From: the human T2T-CHM13v2.0 reference genome, Homo sapiens
Strand: one strand, 5' to 3'
Length of the DNA stretch: 64,000 nt
Assembly (NCBI RefSeq): GCF_009914755.1
Contig: NC_060936.1
Shown here in pieces: positions 1-19,803 of this stretch. Below the pieces are notes generated by a model, which was not told the origin of the DNA, made no database searches, and saw nothing but the letters and a program-made list of their open reading frames with translations. Numbering within the stretch: the first letter of the stretch is position 1; every line of letters starts with the position of its first letter. Made by a program: the position numbers and the translations under genes.

Positions 1-1051
1 AAGCAGAACCCCAAGCTCACATGAGCAGTGCAGCCACCCTGCCACACTAGCTTAACACTCCCAGCAATAGCCACTCCAAGTGTCTTGGAAGTGGAGCCCC
101 CAGGGGCAACTGAAAGATTCTCTGCCATTACCCCTGTAGTGAAACTGCCCTTGCTACTCTTGGACTAATGAAAAAGCAAAGACTGTAAGTGCCTTAACCA
201 CACCTCCAATAAGCTGCAGTCAACCCAAGGAAAGGAGGCCAGTCCACCTTACACAGGTACCATCCCACCACCACCCTTTCATCACCAGATAGGAAATCCC
301 TGGCTTGGGCCCACAGCACACATGCTCTATCCTGGGATGATTGCACTGAGCAACTTCTGACCTTCATCTCTCCGAGGTGGAGCCCTCAGGAAACAAACAA
401 AACACCCTTGGCCACAACCACCACTAAGGTCCCTTCATCTGCTGCCTCCAAGTTGGGGAAGGAAAATAAACCCTGAGGTTTTCCCAGAGCTGTGGTAGAC
501 AGGACCAGGAGCACCAAGCCATGATCTACAACCAGCACTCAAGTGGGAGAGGAGTCCATAATTTCAGAGCATTGAGAGGGAGCATAGTGGCAACTGTGAG
601 GAAATATAGGGGAGCCACACAACTGAGCAAGAGCCTACCAACTGACCAATATGCCTAAGCACCACCTACTAGATTACACTGCAAAGCTTCAACACCAAAA
701 TACCTTGCTAACTATGCCCCTGTGAAAGCAAATACAATAAATTAGCTACAAATAAAGACCCTGCACAAAGCCTCAGCCCTGTGAAAACATCCAGAAAAGA
801 AGTTTATTGATTGTACTCAATGTATACTGCAGTTAAAGGAACACCCACATGCAGAGATGAGAAAGAACCAATGCAAGAACTCCAGTAGCTCAAATGTCCA
901 GAGTGCCATATGTCCTCCAAACGACTGCATCAGCTCTCCAGTAAAGATTTTTAACCAGGCTGAGCTGGCTGAAATGACAGAAATAGAATTCAGAATATGA
1001 ATAGGAATGAAGGTTACTGAGATGCAGGAGAATGACAGAAACCAATCAAAA
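1..1051 (+). mobile_element. Old primate L1 (L1PA13-16/L1PB-like) 5'UTR and start of ORF1, truncated
   Basis: ORF1-start-like 'atgagaaagaaccaatgcaagaac...ggctgaaatgacagaaatagaattcagaatatg' from ~858. The sequence switches abruptly to a different, opposite-strand L1 at ~1052. Subfamily is from recall. Confidence 0.7.
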
Positions 1052-2773
<1,722 letters not shown>

Positions 2774-2779
<6 letters not shown>

Positions 2780-3097
2780 CAAAAGAATGGAAATAATAAC
2801 AAACAGTCTCTCAGACTACAGGGCCATCAAATTAGAACTCAGGATTAAGAAACTCACTCAAAACCGCACGACTGCATTGAAACTGAACAACATGCTCCTG
2901 AATGACTACTGGGTAAATAACTAAATGAGGGCATAAATAAAGATGTTCTTTGAAACCAATGAGAACAAAGACACAATGTACCAGAATCTCTGGGACACAT
3001 TTATAGCACTAAATGCCGACAAGAGAAAGCAGGAAAGATCTAAAATCGACACCTTAACGTCACATTTAAAAGAACTAGAGAAGCAGGAGCATACATT
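2774..3097 (+). mobile_element. Inverted 5' segment of the same L1 (end of ORF2 endonuclease region)
   Basis: Encodes [19 protein letters not shown]...[21 protein letters not shown]. It ends at 'gagcatacatt', which in L1 coordinates abuts the start of the minus-strand piece. Confidence 0.9.
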
Positions 3098-3199
3098 AGA
3101 TTTTATATCCATTTTTCTACCTGTCTTTACAAAACAAAACAAATCCGTTTTGTTCAATGAGGAAATGTGCTCAGCTAAAAACACTCATCTAACTTAGAT

Positions 3200-3570
3200 C
3201 TCCTTATGATCTTGTGACCAAGTTTTAGCAAATTAGAGTTAAGCTGAAGTAATGAGCCTACAGTTTATAGGAAAGAAATTCAAGAGGTACTAATTCTATT
3301 GATGTGTCCATTTTGCCTTTTGTCTCTGTCACTTTATCCTACCTGGAACACAGTCATGATGCCTGAGGTACAGCCAGCATTTTGCAACTATGAGATTGAA
3401 ATCCACCCTCTAAAGCGAATAGAGCAGGAAGATGGAAACAGCCTGGCACCTGATGGCGTTATTGAGCTGCCAAGTCTCCAGAACTTCTTTTTGTTTCAGA
3501 AAAATAAGCTTCTTTCTTATCTAAGCTAAGTCTTCTTTCAATTTTAACAAACACATTCCTAACCAACAGT
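3200..3570 (+). mobile_element. Ancient ERVL/MaLR-type LTR remnant (MLT1/LTR16/LTR33-like)
   Basis: 'cctggaacacagtcatgatgcctgaggtacagccagcattttgcaactatgag...agcctggcacctgatg' resembles the conserved core of these LTRs. Confidence 0.45.
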
Positions 3571-4431
3571 CACATTTATAACATTTTACATAATTTTTTA
3601 TCTTTGCAATTAGTTGATTATGTTTTGGATTTATTATTCTTATACTTTTATTGACTATCACCTCAAGCCCTTCTTGAAAGTAGGTAGGGTGTACCTAATC
3701 AATAAAAAATACTTATATTTATATGTTCTACACTGCAAACTTTGTAGAAAAGCAATTAGAAATAAAAATACAAGTGGCCTGCAATGATTTTTCTAAACCA
3801 AAATATTGATCAAAAAATCTAAAACCATTATTTTTTTATTTTTTAGCAATCATCTCCTACAAATTATAATATGTTCCCATTCATAATTAAATACATGAAA
3901 ATAAATTTTCTGGTGAGAATTTTATTTTACCCTTTGTAAAACTATCACCACCCTTAAGTATTATACTCTTGAAGTTGGGATGCCAGAAACCAGATACATA
4001 TCTGTAACTTCTACTTTGTCTCTTTTCATGGAGAAAATTTGACTTCATTCCAGTTCCCAGCACAACCAGACTTGGGAATGCTGGGAAATTGATAGCTCTA
4101 AAATATGAGGTAAAATGAAGGGGATTTAAATTGCTAAGTATTATCATCATCTTGATGGAATTGCCATCTTTTTCTCTTCTTTAGACACAGATTCACTGGC
4201 TGGGATGAGAGATAAAATTGAATTCTATAAGTCTACACAAGAATGGAAAGGCAATAATCCAAACCACTCTCCAAGTTCTATTGAAGATGAGTTGCTTTGC
4301 AGTTACGGCAAATTGCCTTGCGATTTTCAAAGGTAACTATAGAGACTTTGACATTTTTAGCTGTGGAAAAGTGATGAGACAGAATCCAGGCTCATTTAGG
4401 AAGTTTCACCTGATTGAAAAAGGGCCAAGGA

Positions 4432-4733
4432 GGCCGGGACAGGTGGCTCACGCCTGTAATGCAGCACTTTGGGAGGCAGAGGCGGGCGGATCATTGAGGT
4501 CAGGAGTTCAAGACCAGCCTGGCCAACATGGCAAAACCCCATCTCTATTAAAAATACAAAAATTAGCCGAGTATGGTGGTGTGCACTTGTAATCTCAGCT
4601 ACTTGGGGGGCCAAGGCAGGATAATCGCTTGAACCTGGGAGATAGAGGTTGTGGTGAGCCAAGATCATGCCACTGCACTCCAGCCTGGGCAACAGAGCAA
4701 AACTTCATTTAAAAAAAAAAAAAAAAAAAAAAA
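4432..4733 (+). mobile_element. AluS
   Basis: Full Alu dimer with poly(A) tail. The flank 'gccaagga' is repeated on both sides (TSD). Confidence 0.95.
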
Positions 4734-5227
4734 GCCAAGGAAATCAAGCCCAATTCTTGAAATTTGCATGCATATTAGTTCTTCATAATTGCAAATGGAA
4801 TTCTATGGAATGCTGAGGCTGTCACTTAAAAGCCTTCTAAATAACCTGCCATAAAGAGAGAAAGATCAAAGAGGGAAATACTTAATCTTTGGCAAGAGTC
4901 ACCTCAAATAAATTACAAAGAATGTGCCTCTTAGCTTTGCGTGCAAAAGCAATCTCCTTTAGGTAAGTAATTAATTGACTCAAAATATATTCTGAGCAAT
5001 TAATAAGTTTAACAAACTCTATTGAGTGCCTATTATTTGTTATCACTGAGATTTATGCTAAGAATACAAAAAACATTTATATGGCAAAAGTATGTAACTT
5101 TAAAAAGTTTATAACAGAAAAGGAAATATAAAACAAATACAGGAAAAAAATAATGATACATAGACTAAGTATTCTACATCGAAGTGACACAGCCAAAATG
5201 ACTACATGAATCCAACATAATAAATAG

Positions 5228-5800
<573 letters not shown>

Positions 5801-5801
5801 A

Positions 5802-6208
<407 letters not shown>

Positions 6209-7592
6209 TTAAACAAGAATAGGGCAGGGAATCACTGAACACATGGACTGACATGAATACATATAGGAAAACAGGAATGCACAGGGAATGTTTTAGAATT
6301 ATAAATTTGCATGCAGCTGAGCAGTATTTTACTTTAAAATGAATATTACAATGAATAAAGAAGCAAAGAGTATGAGTGGCAAATTAACAAATTAGGGAAT
6401 GATTAGTAAACGAACACGGAAAAAATGTAGGCTTACAAAGAATCAAAAGTGCAAATTAAAACACAATGAGAGAGGGTGCCTGTGTCAAGATGGTGAATTA
6501 AATACACAAATCTAATTATTCTCTGAACCTCAAATCCCAAAAACGACAGGCATGATTTTAAGAAAATAGAACAAAGTGCCACCAGCAGAGTAGGAATGTT
6601 GTGAAATGTTTTAACTATAAAAATCACACGGCACTGGATTGATGGAGAATACTCAAAAGAATGTGCAGAAAAAGACCTCTACCTTGCAGAATGCAGCCCT
6701 TCTGGAGGTTATCCAAGTTCACAGGTAATTAAAACATGGAGGAGCTGGGATGAATAGTTGTGGAAATTATTGGGTAGCTGCTGTAACAAACACATCCTGA
6801 AATCTCATTGGTTTAATACAATAGACGCTTCTTTCTCCCACTTGTATCATGTGCAATCAGCCGCAAGGATGAGTGAGAGCTGCAAGATGGGGGCGCTGTT
6901 GCATGCTTTCCTTCAGTTTGATGGACGCTCTGACATCTTTAAACTATAATTTTAGGTATTTCCCTGGGAAGAAAGGGAGGAAGCAGTAATGCCTTTAGAC
7001 CAGGGCAAGTGAGGCTTTTCTCCTGGGTCATGCCACTCCGGGATCCCTGTGCTTTGGAGCATCTTCCTTGACATTTTCTAAACCTGGTGTCTCGAACTGC
7101 CCAGAGACAGTGTCTTCCATGCAGGGCACTTCAAGTCTGGACCTGGTCTAACATGATTATGGTCATCAGAATCTCCTCTCTGAAATGTCCTAAGCTCTCT
7201 CCCAGGACTGGGAACAGCCTGAGCTGGAAGTATCATCCAGGTGAGGCACCCTGGGCCAGGACTGAGTGGGTTTCAGTCCGGTTTCTCCCCTTCGGACTAT
7301 TCTGTGACTCCTTCCCATATCTTTGTTTTTTTTTTTTTTCTAATGTGTCTTTTCTTTTTTTTTTCCTGGCTGCTTTTAAGATTTTTCTCATCACTACCAC
7401 TTTTCAGCAATTTTATTATGAGTTGATGTGGCTTCATTCGTGTTTCTTATGTTTGGTGTTTGTCATGCTTCTCATATCTATAGGTTTATAGTTTCATCAA
7501 TTTTGCAAAATTTTGAGTCTTTTTTTTTTTTTCAAATATTTTTCTCTCCCCTCTCCCTCTTTTCCTGGGAATCCAATTACATGTAGTTTTGA

Positions 7593-7952
<360 letters not shown>

Positions 7953-7970
7953 TGAGCCATCGCACCTGGC

Positions 7971-8277
<307 letters not shown>

Positions 8278-8382
8278 AATCAAAGGCTAATTTAATTCCA
8301 ATACTAAGATAACACTCTAGAGGTTTCTTCCCAATGTGTTGTATATAATGAAATCTTTCCACTATGTCTGGTGGGCAGATGA

Positions 8383-8905
<523 letters not shown>

Positions 8906-10771
8906 AGGAATTCCTTTTATGAGGAGGTTAGTTAGCTAGATGGTGTTTCATAATTCTTGTAGGCCTTCTTCACTCTTTTTCATTCTTTTTTTCCTTTTGC
9001 TTCTCTGATTAGGTAATTTTATATGTTCTGTCTTCGATCTTGTTAATTCTTTCTTCTGGTTGATCATGTCTGCTGTAGAAGCTTTCTAATAAATTTTTTA
9101 ATTCAGTTATTGTATTTCTAGGATTTCTATTTGGTTTAAAAAATTGTTTCTATTTATTTATTAAATTTAGTATTTTGTTCCTGGGCTGTTTCCCTAATTT
9201 CATTTAATTTTCTATCCATATTTTTTGTGATTCCCTGAACTTTAAGAGAATTATTCTAACTTCTCTGTCTGTCATTGTATACATCTTCAATTCTAGGTCC
9301 ATTGGTTCCTTTTAATGGTGTCATATTTCCCTGAGTTTTCACAATCTTTGCACCTTTACATTGATGGCAGTGCATTTGAGGAGACAGTCACCCCTTCAAG
9401 TTTTTGTAGGTGTTCTTTGGTAGTATTAGACCTTTACTAATTAGTATCAGAACTTAAAATCTTGGACTGTTGTCTCTTCCCATTCTAGGGAGGACCTATA
9501 ATGAGCACCAGAACTAAAACACTGCAGTGGAAGTGATTCATTGTCCTGTTGTTATTTCCTGCTCTGGGGAAGACTTACAGTGAGCACCAGAACTTTATGT
9601 TGCTCCAGAAATATATTGCTGCTCTGTCGTTGTTTTCCAGGATGGGGAAGAATAAGTGGGCACTGGAACTTAATCCTGACCTTTTAGTTGTTTCTAGGCC
9701 AGGGAAAGGCTCCACACAAGAACCTGGGCTTAATGAAAACTCTGACCAGGGAATTGAGGCCTTCCTGTGAATTGTGCCCCCTGTGGCACTATGGCCCCAG
9801 CCTGTCTCTTTATCATGGCATCCCTGCTGATGGGAGCACAAAGTATCCATCAAAATCCACATGCTATTTGCTGCAATCTGTGTCCTGCTCTTTGTGTGCA
9901 GTTCACTCTGGGTGGTTCAGCCCTCCTTGCACCCCAGTGATTCCTATGGGACAGGACTTGAGTAGGATTCCCTTGAAGATTTCCAGACTGGTGGGAGATC
10001 AAATGTCCACCTCTGATTCCCTTCTCTAACCTGGGAAATTCTCTATAAGTGATGTTATGCAGGCTTGCCAGAGGGGCAGCACAGTCTGAAATGACCATTT
10101 CTCTTACAAGTCATAGATTCTCTCTGTCTGTGGGCCCAGGAGGTTTTTCTGCTTCTCCCCTGATTTCTGGTAAATTCAGGATGGTATTCTTGTCTTGGAG
10201 TAGTTTCAAGTTGCATTTTTGTGGGGCGGGGAGAGATGCCATGGGACCTTTTATCTCACCATCTTGCTCGTATCATCTCCCTCCCTCCCTCCCTTCTCCC
10301 CTCTCTCTGTCTCTCCCTCTCTGCAACTCCATTCTCTGCGGTACTCTGACCCACAGATTCTTGCTACTTTGGCCTCCCCAAACTGTAATCTGTCTTTTCA
10401 CTTAATGGAGAGTGCCAGGTTCTATTTGGGCCCCCTCCCTGTGCTGTGTCCTGGAAACTGCCTCCAGGCAATAAGCTGGCACAGTCACAAATCTAACCTT
10501 ATTTGTTTTCCTTCTCCCAGAAATATATCTCTGTGCTGCCTATTATCCAATGTCTGAAAACTGTTGTTTCATATATATTTTGCCCAGATTTTTAGGTAAG
10601 GTAAGAAAGAAAATCTTTTCCATTTATTCCACCCTGGTCAGAAACTTCTCAATGTAGCTTTAATTTACATTTCTCTGATGCTGAATTCTTGATCAAAGAG
10701 TATACGCATTTCAAATGTTGCGAATACTGCCTACTTGCTCTCCAGAAAAAGTGTTACAAATTTATATTTTA

Positions 10772-11095
<324 letters not shown>

Positions 11096-11193
11096 TTACA
11101 TTCAGGACAATCCCAGTGATTGCCAATCTTAAAACATTGGATATGGATAGGCAGTGATCGGAATAGGAAATACAAATGCCTTTACACATATGA

Positions 11194-12570
<1,377 letters not shown>

Positions 12571-13262
12571 TGACTGTCATATTAAGAAGTATCATGAGCA
12601 AGATTCTGCTTCCTTTTTGCTATTATTTTAATCTGAGGACTGAATGCCCAAATAAAGCCTGGCCCAGATTTTCATATATACTTGGCTTATTTGAATCATG
12701 TGCAGATGCATCTCTTCGCTCCACACCCTGACTCTTGGATTAGCTAGGAATACTAATTTCTCTCCCGTGAAATGTTTTGCTTTGACCTATTCCTGAAAGT
12801 TTGAGGTAGGCCATAGTGAGCTCGTAAGCAGAAAATACAATGCAGCCTTTTCCCCTATTCCTATTGGACATCCAGTACCTGAACATCCACATTCCTTCCA
12901 GATACCTCAACTGTGCTAAACCCTGTTTCACTGCATTCACTCATGACCGTGTCCCCTGACATCCCAAAAGGGGCTGAGGCCAGGCTATAGTCTAGTGATT
13001 CTGCACAAGTTGTTTCCTTGGAAGTTTTCATCTAATAGTGGCAATATTGACTTTTCCTTACACAGCTAAGTTTGTGCTTGCTACTTAGTTTCTTTAAAAT
13101 TAAACAATGTTTTCTTAAATTATACAAATATAGGTGGTACAGCTATACAGAAAAACATCATAATAAATACAAAACTCGTATAGCATTTCCTTTGGAAGGG
13201 AAAAAATGAATGCAATTAGGAAGAAACACAGAGCTTTTTCTAAAGTGTCAGTAATATTTTGA

Positions 13263-13637
<375 letters not shown>

Positions 13638-13929
13638 TAAAATGCATGTATATATATATATACACACAGATATGTACATTTTATATACTCTTCCATGTGT
13701 GATATACTTCACAAACTTTACAATAAAAAAGAAAAAAACACATAACAAACAATATTCATAACTGGAAAAGTTGGCCATAAAATTGAATGCATGCTGTGAT
13801 TACAACTATGTGCCTTATGTGACTAGAGGGGAAAGAATGGAAGGCAGTTATATCTAAATAAGAACAGTGAATTACATTTAAAAAATTACACATAATTTTC
13901 TCACAAATGCAACAGTTTTCAAGTGACTC

Positions 13930-14340
13930 CAAATGCATTATCCCATTTGGTCCTCAGCATTCTGTGAGGCAAAGATTTTTAACAACCTTCATATTAGTTA
14001 TGAAGCAGAGGGCTCACATAGTTTAACAAAGTTTCTCCATAATCTGACAGCCAAGGGTAGTGGGCCTGGAATTCAATTCTCAGTCTTCTGGCTTTAACTT
14101 TGCCCTTTACTCTGTCCTCCATGCCATACAACATCTCTATACCATGCTATTTTCCTACCTTGGTCAAGTGACAACTTACTAAAGCTCAGCTTCTTCATCT
14201 GTAAAGTAACAATAACAATGATAGGGCTTCATTCAGAGTTATCAAGATTAAATGAAATAAATCATGTAAAGTACTTAGTATAATACCTAGCACATAATAA
14301 GTGCCCAATAGCTGTTAAGTATCAGTAATGGTAATGTTAA
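13930..14340. mobile_element. Two adjacent MIR fragments in opposite orientation (13930-14120 minus, 14150-14340 plus)
   Basis: 'ctcagcttcttcatctgtaaagt...cctagcacataataagtgcccaata' (plus strand) and 'ggcctggaattcaattctcagtcttctggct' (minus strand). Confidence 0.65.
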
Positions 14341-15087
14341 AATTAAAAACTAATTAGTTGAGTTCAAGTACTATTCAACTAAGCATTAGGCATGCAAGAA
14401 AGAATATGAGCTCACTGTCCAGAACAGACACATAAACAAATTCAGGAACCTATGGGAATGATGGCAGTATACAGAGGATGCTATGGGAATAGGGAAAAGG
14501 AACATTTGGATTGAGACTGGCTGGGTAAAGGCAGATGGGGAAGGCTTCCTTGAGATGTTACATCCTCTGAGATGTACAGCTGAATTGGAAAGGATATCTG
14601 AGATGATCATACTATCCCCTCAACCTCCACCTGAGAAAAGGAGACATAATGATAGTTAGAGTAGAGGCAAGGATATGACTATATTCAGAGTTTAATATTA
14701 CCTTACTGAGGCCTACGATGGCTGTTAAATCAAAGGAATAAAGACAAAAGATCACTTTTGACAATTAAAAGATAACCAGCATTAAAAATCTTGAACATTT
14801 ACTGGGGATTAGATAATATCAAGGAAGTGTTAATTTTGTTGTGTGTGCTATGGTTACAATTTTTATAATAATAATTTTTAAAATGTCTTTATTAGAAATA
14901 GAGAGTTCAGTTTCCATAGTTATATTTAATTTATACATTTGGCCCACAATGCAAATGAGATGGAGGGAGTCAGGATTATTAAAAGAAGTATCACAAGAAA
15001 AAAATCACCAGGAATTCAATGAGAAGAATAATTTTATCTGTACTTTTATATTTTTTTGACATTTTTATAATACAAAATTTAAATTTA

Positions 15088-15457
<370 letters not shown>

Positions 15458-15613
15458 TCAAGGAGTGCATGGGTGAAGAACTATGAAGGCAATGAGTCTA
15501 GCATGACTCAAGAATGTGGGCCATAGCTCAATGGAATATCGGGTTGAGAAAGCATAAAGAGTAGATATAAATACATAGATATATACAAAAATAAACATAC
15601 TTTGGCTAATTCT

Positions 15614-15877
15614 TTTTTTTTTTTTTTTTTTTGAGACAGGGTCTCACTCTGTCAGGCAGGCTGGAGTTCAGTGGTGCGATCTTGGCTCACTGCAACCTCT
15701 GCCTCCTGAGTAGCTGGGACTACAGGCGTGCACCACCACGCCTGGCTAATTGTATTTTTTAGTAGAGACAGGGTTTCACCATATTGGCCAGGCTGGTCTT
15801 GAACTCCTGACTTCGTGATCCGCCCGTCTCAGCCTCCCAAAGTGCTGGAATTACAGGCATGAGCCACCTTGCCCAGC
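15614..15877 (-). mobile_element. AluS with internal ~30-bp deletion
   Basis: 'ctctgcctcctgagtagctggg' shows collapse between two 'gcctcc' motifs. TSD 'tactt(t/c)ggctaattct'. Confidence 0.92.
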
Positions 15878-15925
15878 CTACTTCGGCTAATTCTAAAGGA
15901 AAGCTAAACACATATGTAGGTCTAA

Positions 15926-16085
15926 AGAGATCGTGCCATTGCACTCCAGCCTGGGGGACAGAGCGAGGCCTGTCTCAAAGAAAGAAAGAGAGAGAGGAAG
16001 AGAGAAGGAAAGGAGAGGGGAGGGGAGGGGAGGGGAAAGGAGGGGAGGGGGCAAAGAGAGAAAGACTGAAAAAATAAAAGAGAAG
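15926..16085 (+). repeat. Severely 5'-truncated Alu 3' end with tail expanded into (GA)/(GGGGA)n purine repeat
   Basis: 'gagatcgtgccattgcactccagcctggg...gtctcaaag' followed by 'ggggaggggaggggagggg'. Confidence 0.85.
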
Positions 16086-19000
16086 GATGATAGATTAAAA
16101 ACCCTGATGACAGGCATGGGTCCTAAAAGGGGAGGGGATTCAACTGTTAATAAAAGAGCAAAAGAAACTATATTCAAAACCTCATCCAATGGGACAAAAT
16201 CTTCAGCTTTCTTTCAGCCCAATCCCCCACTAATTTCAGGGAGACAGCAGCCATTGCCATTATGGTTGGGATAGAGCTATTTTGATGGAAGACCTGACAC
16301 ACTGGAGTTGCCAACAAAAAGGAGAGAAAGCAACATAGCTACTCAGAGTGAAAAGTTTCATATTGAAAGACTGGCATTGGGGTGAATCATGCCATTCACC
16401 CACAGCCCTGCTGTTCACCACTAAGTTTAATCAGACTTGTTCCAGCAAATGACCTACCCACACCCTCAGGTCTCAAGTTCGGGAAAGGCAAGAGGTCTGA
16501 CCTAGGTTGGAGTAACCCAAAAGGGTTAATATGGACTCAGCCTGAGGTAACTGGGGCAGGGTTGGGGACTGGAGGTGTCAGTATCCATGTCAGAGAAATT
16601 CTAAGTTCCAAATTCAATAGGTTTTTAATCTCAGGGGTCAGTCCAAACTTAGGCCAACTTTGTTTTGGTTTGAAATAGCAGCAGGCTGCTTAAATGGCTA
16701 CTCACTAACAGTACTCATGCTATTATTCTATACTAAATTCAATGATGCAGGAATTTCGGCTCACCATTTCTCTGTAATTGAATTTCCACACTTACCCCTA
16801 AGTTGGCCCCACAGCAGGAGAAAATTATTTCCAAATAATCATCATAAGAAAAAAAATTAATTTCAATAAAGGAATAAAATTATTCCTCTCCTGTATGCAA
16901 ACAAAAAAAAATTTCCTTCCTTTCCGCCTACACCCATACAAAGACGTATCTGAATCAGCGGTATTTTGAGAGCCAACAATAACTCCCAATTGTTAAGGAA
17001 CTCGAATTCTACTAGAATAAATCATTTTCCTAACAATGCCATGCAACTGAAACTATTTGTTGCACTCTTTAGTTGTCTTAATAGGACATCATTAAAATTC
17101 CCTTTTCCATTCACTACTTGAGATGCAAAGCCAGGGAAATGGTCCACTACGTGTGGGTAAAGACACTCTAATTAGTGTTATTGTAACCCGGTTTCCTGCC
17201 CGTGGATATGCTAAATCATGTGAACTGCATGAATAGCGAAATACAGTGGCAAGTGTTTCAGATCTGCCTGCTGTGCTGAATCTATATTCTGCCTCTAATT
17301 AGAGCTACAAAGATTTCCTATATACAAGCCTACATTTCTAACTCTCCACTTGTTATTGACTCTTCCCTGAAGCCACCTCACCCCACGGTCCTCTCGGCAG
17401 TGCTCACTCCTGTGTATGTTTTTTATTCCCTGGAACACAATCCATTTCCCCTGGCCAAGAATTCTCACTGACAATACCTGGAGAGCAGAGTTATTCTCAG
17501 AGAACAGCTTGCCCAGTGCCAGGCTTCATTTGTCTTTCCCTATGGGTCATTTATCACAGGAAGGTGGCCTGTTGAGGTAAATCCCGATTGAAAGCCTGTA
17601 TATTCTCCTATGTGCAACCTGATTCCAGCACTGAGCAAAGGAAATTATTTTGCACCCTGCACACAGGGTGCACCAGTACAGAAATGAAAAAGTCTCACCA
17701 GCTGGCAATAACACATGCCCTCTCACTGTCTTTGGAAGACAGTCTTCAGTTCTTAGAGAAGAGCAATCACATAGTATGGCGATTTACATATGCTACCTGA
17801 GATTTCCCCCATTCCAAAGGCTTTAACTACCTTAACATCAGAACCCAACGTCAGAAGGTCAGGTTCCTAAACTTAGGTATGTTCTTACATCCATTTCCTC
17901 ACCCTTTCCCACCTTCTCTCCATCCTGTTGAACTTGATGTTACAGGTAGAATCCATTTATAAACAACTCAGGTACATTTATTCTACATTCAGTAAACATC
18001 TGTAAGTTGCTGGTATGCACCAGGCACAATGGTAATAAGTAAATCCAAATCATTGGAGGAAAGTAGAATTCTGATTCTGAAGAATTATACATCACACTAA
18101 TACAAGCATTCATTATTGATTTTCAATTTTTAGGGTCTATCTATACACAAAACTTCAACTCGATAAAAACACACAGGGCAGCATGTGAATGTTAACAAAC
18201 GTGACAATGTAAAAACACAGATGACAGAGTCTGGGAAGTGGAAGGCAGGAATCATTGTTCATGGGAAGGGTTGGGGAATCAAGAAATAATTTCTAGGGTC
18301 AATGGAAGAATTAAAAAAGGAATAAATAAATTAAACCTATGGAGTTAATTATAGCAGACATTATTTGTGCCTGTCCTATTGCTACCCCCCCTTCTTCCTC
18401 CCTTCCTACTGCTTTTTTTGTTGTTGTTATTGTTAGCAGAGGCCAGTTTTTACTCATGTCTCCACATTATTCTTTGCGATCGGGTCATGAGCTCAGAAGG
18501 ATTGAGGTAAATCATGATTATTGTAGATTATGGTAATGGCACACCCCTTGTCAGTCATGAATAGTGGGTATATGGCTGGTTTTAGTCGGAGACATGAGGA
18601 GGAATCTGCGCTGGGCTTCCAGGAGTGCTAGAAAGGAAGAAACAGCCTCTCATATTCTTTTAGACATTATCTGAATTAATTAATCTTATAGCTGACTTAT
18701 CTTGGGATGTGTTATTGCGAGAAAATACATTTTCCTTACTGCTTAAATATTGAAATTGATTTTCAATTACTAGCAGTGAATGTACCTTTACATAAGATAA
18801 ACCACTGAGGAATTAAAAATGATGATTTAACTATACTGGAAGGAAGGAGAAAAGATGGGGGAGGAAATACAAGTGAAGAAAACTTCCACATAAATAGTAG
18901 AAAGTCAGTAGATAATAGACATATAACTGATTTTTTTTTAAAGGAAATGAAGTAGTGGTATAATACTATTTAGAGAGATGGAAGTAGTCATCAAAATAAA

Positions 19001-19506
19001 CAGGAGTTAAAAATGGGACCAGAATTGAGGAGGGGAGTGGTGGGTAAACGTTGCTTTCCATTATTAAGTCCTTTTGCACTATTTTATTTTTAAACTATGT
19101 GCATGTATTATTTTGATAAAAGTTTTAAAATTGACATAAAAAAGAAAATGAATTTAAAATCACAAATTAATTTCCTTTTCTGGAGGCACTAGAAAGAAAG
19201 AAAATAGGAATTTTTCTCTGAGACAAATCAGCAAGTTAATAGAAGTGCTTTTAACCTAGGAAGAGTTCCAAGGGCTCCAGTGCTTTTCCTTGTGCTATTA
19301 GCGCAGTAGCGTTCTCTTTGTGCAGATGTGGATTAGGCTTTTGGCAGTGAAAGTGTTTGAAACAGGAAGAGATAAAGGAGCTTGGAAGGCAAATAAAGAT
19401 AAAAATCCCCTAGCTACAGTCTAATCCGTTTTTCTCTCCCCATCCAAATAATGCAAATGACACAGATTCTCAGATTCCATTTTGTGTTTGTCTGCCTGTT
19501 TGTTTT

Positions 19507-19803
19507 AGAGACAGGGGTCTCACTATGTTGCCCAGTCTGGAGGGCAGTGGCTATTCACAGGTGCAGTCCCACTACTAATCAACATGGCAGTTTTGACCTG
19601 CTCCATTTCTGACCTGGGCTGGCTCACCCCTCCTCAAGCAACCTGGTGGTCCCGAATTGGGAGGTCACTACATTGTGGCCAAACATAGTGTGGACACTCT
19701 ATCAGCATAGCACACTACAGCCCAAAACGGCTGGACCCAAGCGATCCTCCCACCTCAGCCTCCTGAATAGTTGTGATGATAGGTGTGCACCACAGCATCC
19801 AGC
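19507..19803 (-). pseudogene. RN7SL: Full-length 7SL (SRP) RNA retropseudogene
   Basis: The reverse complement matches 7SL including the S domain absent from Alu ('gaccaccaggttgcttgaggaggggtgagccagcccaggtcagaaatggagcaggtcaaaac'). Decayed A-tail at 19486-19506. 10-bp TSD 'tccattttgt' at 19476-19485 and 19804-19813. Confidence 0.93.
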
